Source of the DNA: an uncultured Chitinophagales bacterium
GTDB taxonomy: Bacteria; Bacteroidota; Bacteroidia; Chitinophagales; BACL12
Assembly (NCBI GenBank): GCA_964492065.1
Contig: CAZBHH010000001.1
Coordinates: forward strand, 225,845 to 289,844
Reading direction: 5' to 3'
DNA length: 64,000 nt
Positions 62,326 to 64,000 of the stretch are shown piece by piece. Each line of letters starts with the position of its first letter. Within the stretch, counting starts at the first letter, position 1. Made by a program: the position numbers and the translations under genes. The notes beneath the pieces were generated by a model. The model saw only the letters and a program-made list of their open reading frames with translations, was not told the DNA's origin and ran no database searches.

Positions 62326-62907
62326 TTAATCAGAACCGGAATTTAAAAACCGGGAGACGATCTGCAATGCTTCCCGTTTTGCCGTTTCCAGGTCGTCGTT
62401 GACAACTACTGCATCAAAGCGGTGCATATAGCTCATCTCCATCTCGGCACGCTTCAGGCGAATGGCCACATTTTCCGGTGATTCCGTTTTGCGGCGCATA
62501 AGGCGCTGCTTCAGTTCTTCCAGGGAGGGAGGTGCGATAAACACGGAAAGCGTATTCGCCGGGAATTGTGCCTGTAACTTCATTGCCCCAAGTACATCAA
62601 TATCAAAAATCACGTGTTTCCCTTCATTCCATAACCGGACAGCCTCGCTGCGCAACGTGCCGTAGCGCCTGCCGGGATACACTTCTTCCCACTCCAGAAA
62701 ATCATTTTGCCGGATATGCTCCCCGAACGCATCTTCCGACATGAAATAATAATCCACTCCTTCCTTTTCACCTTCCCGCGGCGCCCTTGTCGTCGCCGAT
62801 ACCGAAAATTTCAATTGCGGCAACTGCTCGAGTAAGTATCTCCCGATAGTAGTCTTTCCCGCTCCCGATGGCGCCGTTATGATTATCAGTTTTCCCTGCC
62901 TGTTCAC
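62326..62907 (-). CDS. gmk: Guanylate kinase
   Basis: P-loop APSGAGKTT, plus SATTRAPREGE..GVDYYF. The GTG start overlaps the yicC stop (GTGA). Confidence 0.93.
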   Translation of the reverse strand: MNRQGKLIIITAPSGAGKTTIGRYLLEQLPQLKFSVSATTRAPREGEKEGVDYYFMSEDAFGEHIRQNDFLEWEEVYPGRRYGTLRSEAVRLWNEGKHVIFDIDVLGAMKLQAQFPANTLSVFIAPPSLEELKQRLMRRKTESPENVAIRLKRAEMEMSYMHRFDAVVVNDDLETAKREALQIVSRFLNSGSD

Positions 62908-63779
62908 AAAACATTATTGAGTTGTTCTTTAATTTTTTCCAGCTCATCTTTCATGCGCACAACACATTTCTGCATCTCTGCATGGTAGGCTTTGCTGCCG
63001 ATGGTATTTATTTCCCGCCCCATCTCCTGGGTTATAAATCCCAATTTTTTCCCTTTCTCGGGCACAGCCTCCTGCAACACTTCATCAAAATAATTGCAAT
63101 GCGAACGCAACCGTATTATCTCTTCGGTAATATCCATTTTTTCGAGATAATATATCACCTCCTGTTCAAACCTGTTGATATCCACCTGCTCGGCGGAAAG
63201 TGATGCCCGCAAGTCGGACATCATACTGTTTTTAAATGCGACTACCCGCTCCGGGTCGAGCGCTTCAATTTCGGAAAGCACACTGCGTATTATTGCATTG
63301 CGCTTTTGCAGGTCGGCTTCGAGTTGTACGCCCTCGCTCATGCGAAAACGCTGTACCGCATCGCAGGCATCTTTCAGCAATTTTTCTACCTGTATCCACT
63401 GCTCTTCTGTCAATTCTTCTTTTATATTCGTAATGACATTCGGCAGCCTGAACACCAGCTCAAACACTTTCGTCTCGTCTGCGTGCAACTCGGCGGCCAA
63501 TTGTTTGAGCTGCCGGTAATAGTCCTTTATCATCTCAGTATTCAACTCGCCGTTTTTCTGATCGTCGAATTGTTCATAGGCGATAGTGCAATCAATTTTA
63601 CCACGTACGATTTCCCTGCTGATACTATTGCGGATTTCCATCTCGCGGTCACGCAATATATTGGGTAATCGCAGGTTCATGTCAAACACCTTACTGTTGA
63701 GCGCCCGCAATTCAATTACGGTATTTTTTCCGTTGAGCTCAAATGTGATTCGGCCGTAACCGGTCATGGATAAAATCAT
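62904..63779 (-). CDS. yicC: YicC/YloC-family stress-induced protein (endoribonuclease family)
   Basis: 291 aa with MILSMTGYG at the N-terminus and C-terminal QEMGREINTIGSKA. Confidence 0.88.
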   Translation of the reverse strand: MILSMTGYGRITFELNGKNTVIELRALNSKVFDMNLRLPNILRDREMEIRNSISREIVRGKIDCTIAYEQFDDQKNGELNTEMIKDYYRQLKQLAAELHADETKVFELVFRLPNVITNIKEELTEEQWIQVEKLLKDACDAVQRFRMSEGVQLEADLQKRNAIIRSVLSEIEALDPERVVAFKNSMMSDLRASLSAEQVDINRFEQEVIYYLEKMDITEEIIRLRSHCNYFDEVLQEAVPEKGKKLGFITQEMGREINTIGSKAYHAEMQKCVVRMKDELEKIKEQLNNVL

Positions 63780-64000
63780 ACTTTATTATTTAGTTTTCTC
63801 GCAATTGCAGGTTGTTTCAGAGCGGCCTTGCCGATTTCAAAACTCACTGAGGCAACGCCGGTGAAGATACATAATGATGCTATTAATTTGATGTTGGTCA
63901 AGGTATCGGTTCCTAAAATTACGGCTACTGCGGTTGCAATTACCGGCTGTATATAGATATAAATACTCACCAGTGTAGGTGTGCCGAATTTCAAGCCCAA
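63776..64000 (-). CDS. EamA/DMT-family transporter, C-terminal fragment (N-terminus beyond the window)
   Basis: The frame is open to the window edge, with hydrophobic EamA-like helices. Its stop overlaps the yicC ATG (ATGA). Confidence 0.55.
   Translation of the reverse strand: MGLKFGTPTLVSIYIYIQPVIATAVAVILGTDTLTNIKLIASLCIFTGVASVSFEIGKAALKQPAIARKLNNKV

Noticed and set aside
1-64000. Window-wide look for tRNA, rRNA, tmRNA, CRISPR arrays, transposases, integrases, phage genes, toxin-antitoxin pairs and known defence-system signatures.
   Set aside because: None were seen. All gaps of 120 nt or more were read on both strands and contain only promoter-like, terminator-like or palindromic elements. 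Structured sRNAs cannot be excluded without covariance-model searches.

Overview
This 64-kb window looks like a chromosomal segment of a Bacteroidota genome. The evidence is type-A and type-B T9SS C-terminal sorting domains, a PorP/SprF gene, GldB, paired DUF6089-like outer-membrane proteins, a MoaC-MoaB fusion, and recurrent TAnnTTTG -7 promoter boxes. I call about 64 tightly packed protein genes, many with 1-nt or 4-nt start/stop overlaps. I saw no rRNA, tRNA, CRISPR array, transposase, integrase or obvious prophage or defence island. Core content: rng, recR, aspS, rpsT, radC, hutH, purH-mreBCD-mrdA-rodA, fhs, uvrB, bcp, nadE, gmk, yicC and apaG. Accessory-looking content: (i) a compact Sec-type (clade II) nitrous-oxide reductase cluster, cytochrome c-nosZ-membrane protein-nosL-nosD-nosF-nosY (44.4-50.8 kb), with an FNR-like palindrome upstream and an orphan OmpR-type response regulator next to it; (ii) a Crp/Fnr regulator followed by three tandem rhodanese genes, a fatty-acid-hydroxylase-family gene and a small membrane protein (2.5-5.4 kb); (iii) a molybdopterin block, mobA-moaD-moeB(rhodanese fusion)-moaE-moaC/moaB, plus an antisense Stf0-like sulfotransferase (35.6-39.5 kb); (iv) several T9SS cargo proteins, one paired with PorP/SprF; (v) a steroid-5-alpha-reductase-like gene paired with an SDR gene. 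A 31-codon, extremely basic ORF missing from the supplied track (775-870) resembles the bS22/mS38 class of tiny ribosomal proteins. I did not find a convincing, wholly undescribed multi-gene system. The best leads are the uncharacterised membrane protein inside the nos cluster, the rhodanese array, a GT2 fused to a degenerate phosphoglycosyl-transferase, and a few operator-like palindromes. All functional names come from motifs read by eye in the translations; no database search was possible. Several ORF-track starts were moved to internal ATG, TTG or GTG codons, as noted per feature.
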